Source of the DNA: Pseudomonadota bacterium
GTDB taxonomy: Bacteria; Bdellovibrionota; Bdellovibrionia; Bdellovibrionales; Bdellovibrionaceae
Length of the DNA: 20,454 nucleotides
NCBI GenBank assembly: GCA_041178425.1
Contig: JBEGVH010000043.1
Span: 1 to 20,454, forward strand
Reading direction: 5' to 3'
Below, piece by piece: positions 8,917 through 16,727 of this stretch; the stretch's first letter is position 1; each line of letters opens with the position of its first letter. The notes beneath the pieces are model-generated. The model was not told where the DNA came from. It was given only the letters and a program-made list of their open reading frames with translations, and did no database searches. Made by a program: the position numbers and the translations under genes.

Positions 8917-8953
8917 ATTCAAACAATTACATTTTTATTATTGGAGGAGTTTA

Positions 8954-9223
8954 ATGGCGCTCACAAAAGAACAAAGAGAAGAAATCATCAAAAAATACCA
9001 ACGCGGAGAGCTTGATACAGGAAGTTCTGAGGTTCAAATTGCCTTATTAACTTACCGTATTACTGATCTTACTCAGCACTTTACAGTTCATAAAAAAGAC
9101 GTTCATGGTCGTCGTGGCCTTGTTTCTCTTGTTAACCGTCGTCGTAAGCTTTTAGATTATCTAAAAGTGAGCAATAACGATAAATACCAGCAAATTCTTA
9201 AAGATTTAGAGATCCGTAAGTAA
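8954..9223 (+). CDS. rpsO: 30S ribosomal protein S15
   Basis: 89 aa. 'DTGSSEVQIALLT', 'HKKDVHGRRGL', 'RRKLLDYLK'. RBS GGAGGA. Confidence 0.99.
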   Translation: MALTKEQREEIIKKYQRGELDTGSSEVQIALLTYRITDLTQHFTVHKKDVHGRRGLVSLVNRRRKLLDYLKVSNNDKYQQILKDLEIRK

Positions 9224-9236
9224 AATCGGGTACGAA

Positions 9237-9270
9237 AAAAGAGGGCCAGAAAGGTCCTCTTTTCTTTTCT
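9237..9270 (+). terminator. Intrinsic terminator after rpsO
   Basis: AAAAGAGGGCC-AGAAA-GGTCCTCTTTT followed by CTTTTCT. Confidence 0.8.
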
Positions 9271-9326
9271 AGTTCATCACTTCTTATGCTAACCTTTCCT
9301 TGTCGTATAAATCGAGGAGTAAATTC

Positions 9327-11435
9327 ATGAAGACAACAGTAACCACATCAATTGGTGGCAAACAAATTACTATTGAAACAGGTCGTTTAGCACGCCAAGC
9401 GGATGGATCCGTTCTTGTTACATGTGGTAACAACATCGTTTTAGTCACCGTCGTTTCGTCAACAAGAGCTTCAACAGCTGATTTTTTTCCTCTCACCGTA
9501 GAATACCAAGAAAAATTCTATGCGACGGGCCGAATTCCCGGGGGTTATTTTAAAAGAGAGGGCAAGCCAACAACGGATGCCACGCTTACGGCTCGTTTGA
9601 TTGACCGTCCTCTTCGACCTAAATTTCCTGAGGGATATCGCCAGGAAACTCAGGTTGTTGCAACCACACTCAGCGCTGACGGCCAATTTCCACTCGAGAT
9701 CCTAGCAAGCCTTGGAGCTTCCACAGCCATTCATATTTCAGATATTCCGTTTGATGGCCCGACAGCGGCTGTTCAGGTGGCTCGTATCGACGGACAATTT
9801 GTAGCAAACCCTTCAGCGGCAATGCTTGAAAAGTCCGACATGGACATCATTGTTGCCGGCACACGCCAAGGTATTTTGATGGTCGAGGGCGAGACTAAGT
9901 TCGTTACAGAAGACGATGTTCTTGCCGCTCTTAAATTTGGACATCAGAGTCTAGTTCCACTTTTGAACGCTCAAGATGAGCTCCGTGAAAAAACGGGTTC
10001 AAAACCGAAAAGAGCATTTTCGGTTCCAACGATTGATCCTGAATTTAAAGAGAAGGCGATTTCTTTCTTAAAACCAAAAATTGAAGCGGCTCTTAATATT
10101 CGCGAAAAACTCGAGCGTTATGCTGCCGTGGATGTTGCTACGGATGAGGCTCTTGCGGCGTTGGTAGCTCCGATTGCTGATGAAAAGTTAAAAGCTCAAC
10201 GTGAAAAAGAAGTGAATACTCTCGTTGAAGATCTCAAATACCATGTAGCTCGTTGGATGATTCTTGATAAAAAAGTTCGTATTGACGGTCGTTCGGTCAC
10301 GCAAATTCGCCCGATCGCTTGTGAGGCGGGACTTCTTCCTCGTGCCCACGGTTCTGGTCTTTTCACCCGCGGCGAAACTCAGGTTTTAGGAGCAGTAACT
10401 CTTGGAACTGGCGATGACGAACAAATGGTTGATAATTTGTTGGGAACAATTACTCGTAAGTTCATGCTTCATTACAACTTCCCTCCTTATTCAGTAGGAG
10501 AAACAGGTCGTATGGGTGGGCAGTCTCGACGTGAAATTGGTCACGGCTTTTTAGCTGAGAGAGCTGTTAAAGCGATTGTTCCTGATCACGAAAAATTCCC
10601 TTACACTATTCGTATTGTGAGTGAAGTTCTTGAATCCAATGGTTCGTCTTCAATGGGAACCGTTTGTTCTGCAACATTGGCGCTTCTTGATGCAGGTGTT
10701 CCTGTAAAAGGAAATGTCGCAGGTATTGCAATGGGCCTCATTAAAGAGGGTGAAAATGTCGCTGTGTTAAGTGATATCTTGGGCGATGAAGATCACCTTG
10801 GCGATATGGATTTCAAAGTAGCAGGAACTAATGCAGGGATCACTTCTCTGCAAATGGACATTAAAATTGATTCCATTAACTTTAATGTTATGGAAACGGC
10901 TCTTCGCCAAGCCAAAGATGGTCGCCAACATATTCTTGGTGAAATGGAAAAAGTAATTAAAGTTCCACGTGGCCAAATTTCTGAATGGGCTCCACGTATT
11001 GAGACCATCAAAATTAAAGCTGATAAAGTTCGTGAAGTGATCGGCGCGGGTGGAAAAACGATCCGTGAGATCATTGCTCAAACTGGGGTGAAAATTGATA
11101 TTGAAGACAATGGAACAATACACATTGCTTCATCGAACCCTGAGAGCACCGCTAAAGCGATTAAAATGATTAACGAAATTTGCGCAGAAGCGGAATTAGG
11201 AAAGGTTTATAAAGGCAAAGTTGTTAAGACAACTGACTTTGGAGCCTTTGTTGAAATTCTTCCGAACACTCAGGGGCTGCTACATATCTCTGAAATTGCG
11301 CATGAAAGAATTCGCAATGTGACAGACGTTTTATCTGAAGGCGATATGATCGACGTAAAGGTGCTTGATATTGATCGTTCAGGTAGAATCAAGCTTTCTC
11401 GTAAAGTTATTCTAGAAAAGAGCAATAATGACTAA
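9327..11435 (+). CDS. pnp: Polyribonucleotide nucleotidyltransferase (PNPase)
   Basis: 'FFPLTVEYQEK', 'RLIDRPLRP', 'HGSGLFTRGETQ', 'SNGSSSMGTVC', 'GDEDHLGDMDFKVAG', C-terminal KH and S1 domains. RBS GAGGAG before ATG 9327. Confidence 0.99.
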   Translation: MKTTVTTSIGGKQITIETGRLARQADGSVLVTCGNNIVLVTVVSSTRASTADFFPLTVEYQEKFYATGRIPGGYFKREGKPTTDATLTARLIDRPLRPKFPEGYRQETQVVATTLSADGQFPLEILASLGASTAIHISDIPFDGPTAAVQVARIDGQFVANPSAAMLEKSDMDIIVAGTRQGILMVEGETKFVTEDDVLAALKFGHQSLVPLLNAQDELREKTGSKPKRAFSVPTIDPEFKEKAISFLKPKIEAALNIREKLERYAAVDVATDEALAALVAPIADEKLKAQREKEVNTLVEDLKYHVARWMILDKKVRIDGRSVTQIRPIACEAGLLPRAHGSGLFTRGETQVLGAVTLGTGDDEQMVDNLLGTITRKFMLHYNFPPYSVGETGRMGGQSRREIGHGFLAERAVKAIVPDHEKFPYTIRIVSEVLESNGSSSMGTVCSATLALLDAGVPVKGNVAGIAMGLIKEGENVAVLSDILGDEDHLGDMDFKVAGTNAGITSLQMDIKIDSINFNVMETALRQAKDGRQHILGEMEKVIKVPRGQISEWAPRIETIKIKADKVREVIGAGGKTIREIIAQTGVKIDIEDNGTIHIASSNPESTAKAIKMINEICAEAELGKVYKGKVVKTTDFGAFVEILPNTQGLLHISEIAHERIRNVTDVLSEGDMIDVKVLDIDRSGRIKLSRKVILEKSNND

Positions 11436-12729
11436 TATTTTAAGGTCGTTGGCGAAGGAACCTGAAAAAGCTTTTGCTAAATCGACCTTAAAAAATGGCA
11501 TCCGAGTAGTGAGTGAACGACACACTAATACTCGGGCCGTATCAATAGGGGTGTGGGTTATTGCCGGCACCCGCGATGAGTCGACCAAGCAGGCTGGAAT
11601 TTCGCACCTGCTTGAGCATCTGACGTTTAAAGGAACTCGTCGTCGTAGTTCTTACCAGTTAGCCAAAGCCCTTGAAGAGGTTGGTGGTGAGCTCAACGCC
11701 TATACCACGCGCGAATATACCTGTTATCATGCATTAGTTTTAAAAGATCATTGGAAAAGAGCTGTTGAGGTTTTGGCTGATCTCGTTTCCAATATGGATC
11801 TCAAAGAGCCACAGTTTTTGCTCGAAAAAGCAGTTGTTTTGCAGGAGCTCAGTAGTAGCTTCGAAAATCACGAAGATCATATTTACGATGAGTTCCTCTC
11901 TCGTGCCTACAAAGGAAACCCCCTGGGTACGCCTATTCTTGGTACTGAAAAAGCAATTTCTGATTTTGATCGCAAAGATATTCAAAAGTATTATGATCAA
12001 AGGTACGTTGGTCGCAACATTCTTGTGAGTTGTGCTGGAGATGTGGACCATGGGGATTTGGTTGCAGAGGTGCAAAAATTCCTTGGAAAGAAGCCGAGGG
12101 GTCGAGTCCTCCCAACCAGAGAGAAAGCACGTTATCATTCCTTTGCAGAAATAATCGATAAATCAACTGACCAAGTTCATATGTTAATGGGATTCCCAAC
12201 GGGCAAATTTAATGATGCTCTTCGCTTTGAGGCCTTTATTGTGAACGCTCTGTTGGGTGGAGGCATGACGTCTAAACTGTTTCAGAACGTTCGCGAAAAA
12301 CGGGGTCTCACTTATTCGGTCTATAGTTCTTTGAATACTTTTACTGATGCTGGACTTTTGATGATTTATGCTGGAGCTGAGGTTGAAAATATCAAAGACG
12401 TCGTGAAAACGATTCTGAAGTCGATGCAAGAAATTAAACAAAAAGGGGTTTCTCCGCATCACTTAAATCTCTTCAAAACTCAGGTCATAGGTTCAATCTT
12501 GTTGGGTTCTGAAGACGTCGAGAATCGAATGACTTCATTGGGGATTAACGAGATGGTTTTAGGTCGTTACAAGCCTGTTCAAGAGGTTATCGACGAGATT
12601 CAGGCAGTAAACAAGAAAACCCTATCTGCCTATATAGAAAAGTACTTTCAGCTTGATAATGTTGGTGGTCTTCTTTTGGGATCTAATTTAAAGAATCACC
12701 GTTCTTGGTGGGAAGACAGTATTAAGTAG
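11428..12729 (+). CDS. M16 family (pitrilysin-like, M16B) zinc peptidase
   Basis: Inverted zinc motif HLLEH, 'LNAYTTREYTCY', and 'LGGGMTSKLFQNVREKRGLTYS'. It overlaps the pnp stop by 8 nt. Confidence 0.93.
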   Translation: MTNILRSLAKEPEKAFAKSTLKNGIRVVSERHTNTRAVSIGVWVIAGTRDESTKQAGISHLLEHLTFKGTRRRSSYQLAKALEEVGGELNAYTTREYTCYHALVLKDHWKRAVEVLADLVSNMDLKEPQFLLEKAVVLQELSSSFENHEDHIYDEFLSRAYKGNPLGTPILGTEKAISDFDRKDIQKYYDQRYVGRNILVSCAGDVDHGDLVAEVQKFLGKKPRGRVLPTREKARYHSFAEIIDKSTDQVHMLMGFPTGKFNDALRFEAFIVNALLGGGMTSKLFQNVREKRGLTYSVYSSLNTFTDAGLLMIYAGAEVENIKDVVKTILKSMQEIKQKGVSPHHLNLFKTQVIGSILLGSEDVENRMTSLGINEMVLGRYKPVQEVIDEIQAVNKKTLSAYIEKYFQLDNVGGLLLGSNLKNHRSWWEDSIK

Positions 12730-12740
12730 TCGAAACGTTT

Positions 12741-12774
12741 GAAAAACTGCCGATCGCATTCTTTGTCGGCAGTT
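12741..12774 (-). terminator. Terminator hairpin between the convergent M16 peptidase and deacetylase genes
   Basis: AACTGCCGA (12745-12753) pairs with TCGGCAGTT (12766-12774). The A-run on its left gives a U-tract on the minus strand. Confidence 0.65.
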
Positions 12775-12789
12775 ATCGGTGAATTGAAT

Positions 12790-13950
12790 TTAAAATAGTT
12801 CAGCCGTTGCTCTTTTAGGCTCCGCTAGGATTCGGCTATTGTGTCGAGCTTCACTGTCGGCTGACTCCAGTAAAACGACCGAGTAACCGCGGCGATGAAG
12901 CTCTTCCATAAATTGGGGCAACATCTCTGCCGTTCGGCGCTGAATATCATGAAAAAGAATAACTCCGCCATCCTCTCGATCAAGCTCCTTTAAAGCATTA
13001 TTCAAGAGTGTTTGTGGCGATTGTGCCTTCCAGTCTAAGCTATCGATCGACCAAAAGAATTCCGCGATTCCGTGTTCCTTGAGGTAATTTCGAAGTTCAG
13101 GAGTGTGTGCGCCGTAAGGGAATCTAAAGATGGGATCAATCCAACCGATGGCATCATGCACGGCTTGGTGTCCGCGTGTTATTTCAGACACTCCATTTTC
13201 GAAAGAAACAACCTTACCAAAGTTAGCGCGCCCACAAGATTTAAATTGGCCAATGCAACGGTGACTAAACGTGTGAGATCCAATCATGTGGCCGTCCATT
13301 GCTGCTTTTTGCAGAGCGCTGGGATAATTTTTTGCGTTTTTACCAAGCGAGAAGAAATGGGCCTTTGCTCCCACTTTGTGAAGTGAGGCTAAGATAGATC
13401 TCGTAAACCAGGGGCTTGGTCCATCGTCGAAAGTAAGGGCGATTTCTTTTCTCGCGAGCCCTCCGCCGACAATAACTTCTCCCCTGGAGTAGTCGTGTCT
13501 TTTTACTCTGACCTCTAATTGCCCTGATTTTGGAGAAGGTCCCATTTCTGTGGATTCATCAGAATTATCGCGCAGAAGGTTTTGTTCGCTGAGGTAGTAG
13601 TTATTGATTTCTGCCAAGGAAATGGCTTTACAACTTTTCACGAGCTTAGTGTTCTCTGGATCTCGCAACTCGTTTTCAAAAATAGTGAGATGTTCCGGCG
13701 AGAGCAAAAGGATCTCTTTGCAAATACTTTCTCCCAATTCGTTTTGATCTTCAGGTGTCAGCGTCTGAGCGAGTTTTCGCCACTCTTCGAACATTGTCTC
13801 AGGGTTATAGATGGAGTGATTCCACTCTTCAGTGGTTTGGGAACTCAGATTGGCTTGAACCGCTCCTTGAATGTTTTTTGATACCGGAGAGGTACAGCTG
13901 ATAAGGTTGATAGAAAGTAAGCTCAGCGTGAGCCATGTTAATTTCGCCAT
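12790..13950 (-). CDS. Lipoprotein polysaccharide/peptidoglycan N-deacetylase (CE4, NodB domain)
   Basis: Lipobox LISC. All five CE4 motifs are present: TFDDGP, HTFSH, FRFPYG, WSIDSLDW and ILFHD. RBS GAGGA upstream. Confidence 0.92.
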   Translation of the reverse strand: MAKLTWLTLSLLSINLISCTSPVSKNIQGAVQANLSSQTTEEWNHSIYNPETMFEEWRKLAQTLTPEDQNELGESICKEILLLSPEHLTIFENELRDPENTKLVKSCKAISLAEINNYYLSEQNLLRDNSDESTEMGPSPKSGQLEVRVKRHDYSRGEVIVGGGLARKEIALTFDDGPSPWFTRSILASLHKVGAKAHFFSLGKNAKNYPSALQKAAMDGHMIGSHTFSHRCIGQFKSCGRANFGKVVSFENGVSEITRGHQAVHDAIGWIDPIFRFPYGAHTPELRNYLKEHGIAEFFWSIDSLDWKAQSPQTLLNNALKELDREDGGVILFHDIQRRTAEMLPQFMEELHRRGYSVVLLESADSEARHNSRILAEPKRATAELF

Positions 13951-14114
13951 GATTGGAGGTCCTCATTAAATTTTATTTGTTCGAAGTTCAAAATTTAACG
14001 GACCTTCGGTCAAAACTCATCTTTTTAGCGGTGGGCATGTAGGAAAGTAAATAGCCGCCAAAAAAAGGCGCTTGCAGCGGGATCGTAGTGGGAATGTAAA
14101 CAATTTTTGTCAAT

Positions 14115-14138
14115 AAAGGGGCCTTGTTGGCCCCTTTT
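14115..14138. terminator. Intrinsic, possibly bidirectional, terminator downstream of the 337-aa gene
   Basis: AAAGGGGCC-TTGTT-GGCCCCTTTT perfect stem. Confidence 0.75.
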
Positions 14139-14168
14139 GCGGAGTTTTCAGATTAATAGCCCTTAATA

Positions 14169-15182
14169 TTAGAAATAGAGATCCATTTTATAGGATACAT
14201 CATCATAATCAGGTTTAAAGTTTTCGGTCATTCGGCAGATGGCACCCTTCGTATTTAATCCTTCCTGCTTCTTTTCGGCAAGAATGCGAGACTTTTCTTG
14301 GATGCATTCCTTGAGGTCTCCATAGGTATCAGGAATCGTTTGGTGATGATCAAACTGATAGCCATTGAGAAGGACTTCAAGTCTTTCAATCTTCATTGTT
14401 CGAAGAGGGTACTGTACGCAACGAATAGTGAGCTCTGCAGGATTTTTATCCTTCAGCACTGAGCGAAGCTCATTGAGTTGTGTCTTGCATTCGTTTTCTT
14501 GGAATACTCCATAACTCTTGTGGCTCGGAGTGACCGGTGCAGGAGCAAAGTAATAAACATAATTATCCGTGTGATTGACCACAGTTCCTTTGTTGGCAGT
14601 GACTATTTTTTCAATTGCATCAACCCAAGTGGATGGAACGCGGCCGATTCCAAAGTCATGAGTGGTATAAACCTTCAGTGGAGGGGTGCCCAGTGAATCG
14701 ACTCGGAGGGTATAGCTGATGTCATATTCAGAGAGAGCTTTTTCGCAGGTAGAGGCAAGGACTGGCATTTTTGTGAGATTTGAAAATTCATCCGATCTCT
14801 GTGGGAGTTCTTTAAGGCAATCCTCAAGGCTTAGATACATGCCTTGATAGTTATTTGGCTCCCTATTCATCAAAGGACGCCCGTAGTAGGTTGAGTAAAT
14901 AAGGGTTTTTTCCTTTTTTTTGGGGAGAGTGTATTCGAGGTCTAAAACATAGAAGGAGTATTTATTCCCGTTGCTGGTGAGGCTGGCGCTACCAGAGCAT
15001 CGAGCAGAAGTGGCCGGTGCCTGATTGAGATCGCGAAATCGTTGTCCAAGTTTGAGGGCTTCTTGCTCGCAAGTGAGAGCTCCCACAGGAACTTTTATTC
15101 GGTAATTGTGGACGGTGGGAGGTTCTGCAGCAATTGCGAAAGTTAATGTGCTTAAGATTTTTATTAAGGTCATGATAGCCAT
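14169..15182 (-). CDS. Exported hypothetical protein with four C-X22/23-C modules
   Basis: 337-aa ORF, RBS AAGGA, signal peptide (…TLTFAIA/AE), and 8 Cys in four regularly spaced pairs. I do not recognise the family. Confidence 0.8.
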   Translation of the reverse strand: MAIMTLIKILSTLTFAIAAEPPTVHNYRIKVPVGALTCEQEALKLGQRFRDLNQAPATSARCSGSASLTSNGNKYSFYVLDLEYTLPKKKEKTLIYSTYYGRPLMNREPNNYQGMYLSLEDCLKELPQRSDEFSNLTKMPVLASTCEKALSEYDISYTLRVDSLGTPPLKVYTTHDFGIGRVPSTWVDAIEKIVTANKGTVVNHTDNYVYYFAPAPVTPSHKSYGVFQENECKTQLNELRSVLKDKNPAELTIRCVQYPLRTMKIERLEVLLNGYQFDHHQTIPDTYGDLKECIQEKSRILAEKKQEGLNTKGAICRMTENFKPDYDDVSYKMDLYF

Positions 15183-15278
15183 AGTGGATCCTTTGTTTAA
15201 ACCACGACTTTTGAACGGGAATCACGGGTTGTCAATTCATGGATTAGCGTTCAAGAGATAAACGTCTCGAGCACCTGT

Positions 15279-16421
15279 TTATTCTTTAATAGAACTGCAA
15301 TTGGCGGCGTTACCGTTGTTGAGGCCTGAACAAGTCCACAAAAAATTGTTGACATTACTGGTAATAGAAGAAGGGATTCCCTTTGCACAGACGTAAGCTG
15401 TGGGGGGAGTATTTGATCGAACACTGGACGCAGACCCGCACTCTCCGTTTTCAGGATTCGTTCCGGTGAACTTTCCCGTGCCGCAGGTCGCAGACGGTGC
15501 ACTATCGGCGCCAAGGCACTGCCACTGATATCTTTGTCCCGTTGGGTTCAATACCGGGGTTGGCGAGCCAGTGGTGCAAAGTAAGCTTGTGGGTGGTGCC
15601 GTCAAAATTGTGCCATGCATGAGGCCGCAAGCTCCGGCAATCCAGCTCGTGTTGGTGGCCCAGCACTCATCGTTGGTGCCTCCACTCACTCCTTGGCAAG
15701 TCCATACGAATTTATCATTTGATTTCACGACGGCGCCGGCTTTGCCAACGCGACAGAGAGTGCTATCGCCAGAAGGAGCACTGGCGACCGATTGGGCATT
15801 GGCGGTTCCGCAAACTCCACTGGTGCCTCCGTTATCGTTGCACTCACACGAGTACTCTCCCGTCGACGGGCAAACGCGACAAAGCTGTTCTTTAGTAGCA
15901 GGGGCTTCGAAGCTCAAAATTTGTAAGAGCTCTTGATTTTGATCTTCAACTCGGATGGATCCAGTGCAGCCGAGGGGAACCCCCGAATAGATTAAATCAT
16001 AGGTTCTCGTTTGAGTATTTTGTCCTTGCGTCTTGTCAACCACCTGTGGCGTGACACCGCAAAGCGTAGCTTGGGCGCATGGTCGTCCGAAGCGATTCTG
16101 AGTCGAAAAAGAAACGATCGAAGGTCCCGAAGGGCAAACTTGACCTCTGGTAAGTTCTGTTGAGATTTGCGTGTCGTCGTAGCAGGTCAGTGATTGATGA
16201 AAATCCTTAGTGAGAGTCAAAACGACCGTTTTTTCAACCGAGCAGAGAGGAAAAAATTTAGTCGATAGTTTGAGAGGATCTCCGCTGTAGGCGGTTACAA
16301 TAGAACGTTGGGCTAGAAACCCCGATGGGGAGCAGGCTTGATAAGAGAGTGCGATCATCGATGAGAGAGCCATCAACGAAACGACCTTCCATCGCCCCAT
16401 GGTTATCCATAGTTGGACCAT
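15279..16421 (-). CDS. Cys-rich exported protein or putative lipoprotein with three C-terminal 4-Cys repeats
   Basis: Hydrophobic N-terminal segment ending SYQACS. Three repeats of G-x-C-G…(L/V)C-xx-G…W-x-C-x-G…C. An alternative start is ATG 16400. Confidence 0.8.
   Translation of the reverse strand: MVQLWITMGRWKVVSLMALSSMIALSYQACSPSGFLAQRSIVTAYSGDPLKLSTKFFPLCSVEKTVVLTLTKDFHQSLTCYDDTQISTELTRGQVCPSGPSIVSFSTQNRFGRPCAQATLCGVTPQVVDKTQGQNTQTRTYDLIYSGVPLGCTGSIRVEDQNQELLQILSFEAPATKEQLCRVCPSTGEYSCECNDNGGTSGVCGTANAQSVASAPSGDSTLCRVGKAGAVVKSNDKFVWTCQGVSGGTNDECWATNTSWIAGACGLMHGTILTAPPTSLLCTTGSPTPVLNPTGQRYQWQCLGADSAPSATCGTGKFTGTNPENGECGSASSVRSNTPPTAYVCAKGIPSSITSNVNNFLWTCSGLNNGNAANCSSIKE
15291..15818 (-). 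repeat. Three tandem protein-level repeats of about 52-54 aa (15657-15818, 15477-15635, 15291-15446)
   Basis: GVCG…LCRVG…WTCQG…EC; GACG…LCTTG…WQCLG…TC; GECG…VCAKG…WTCSG…NC. The copies are diverged at the DNA level. Confidence 0.9.
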
Positions 16422-16479
16422 TCTAACAACCCCACTTCATACAAAAAGAATACTATGAATTTTCCTTAAGTTCTTCATT

Positions 16480-16500
16480 AAAATGAGTCTCATTTTGAGA
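16480..16500. promoter_or_regulatory. Overlapping palindromes, candidate operator
   Basis: AAAATGAG-T-CTCATTTT (16480-16496) overlaps TCTCA-TTT-TGAGA (16488-16500), about 60 nt upstream of the Cys-repeat gene. Confidence 0.4.
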
Positions 16501-16727
16501 AAAGAGTTCAAATGCAAATAAATGAGAGATTGGGCGTCAAAACAACACTTGTGAAGGAATTCTGACTCAACAATAGGGTCGAGGTTTGTTTATAAACAAA
16601 ACCAGTGGGGCTTGTCGGATAAAATGGAAGAATTGTATTTTAATTACTTTCCGATTTTTATTTTTCTATCGATTGTTTTGTTTCCGCGACTACTGTGTCC
16701 CTTTTAAAGAGTCGCGTCCGTGATTAA

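Noticed and set aside
9327..13950. Resemblance to the Bacillus pnpA-ylxY(deacetylase)-mlpA(M16) neighbourhood
   Set aside because: Here the deacetylase is convergent, lies after the M16 gene, is separated by a terminator and is a lipoprotein, so the resemblance is probably coincidental.
13951..14113. Riboswitch (e.g. c-di-GMP), sigma28 promoter or sigma70 promoter upstream of the deacetylase
   Set aside because: No riboswitch consensus is visible. TAAA…ACCGAAGG has a 13-nt rather than 15-nt spacer, and TTGACA (14113-14108) is 20 nt from the best -10.
15291..15818. Tandem repeats as a possible CRISPR array or diversity-generating retroelement target
   Set aside because: The repeats are conserved only at the protein level. 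There are no identical DNA repeats, no adenine-specific variant pair, and no cas or reverse transcriptase gene.
16685..16716. Inverted repeat CGCGACT…AGTCGCG downstream of the ankyrin-barrel gene
   Set aside because: The loop is 18 nt and there is no U-tract on the transcribed strand, so it is not a convincing terminator.
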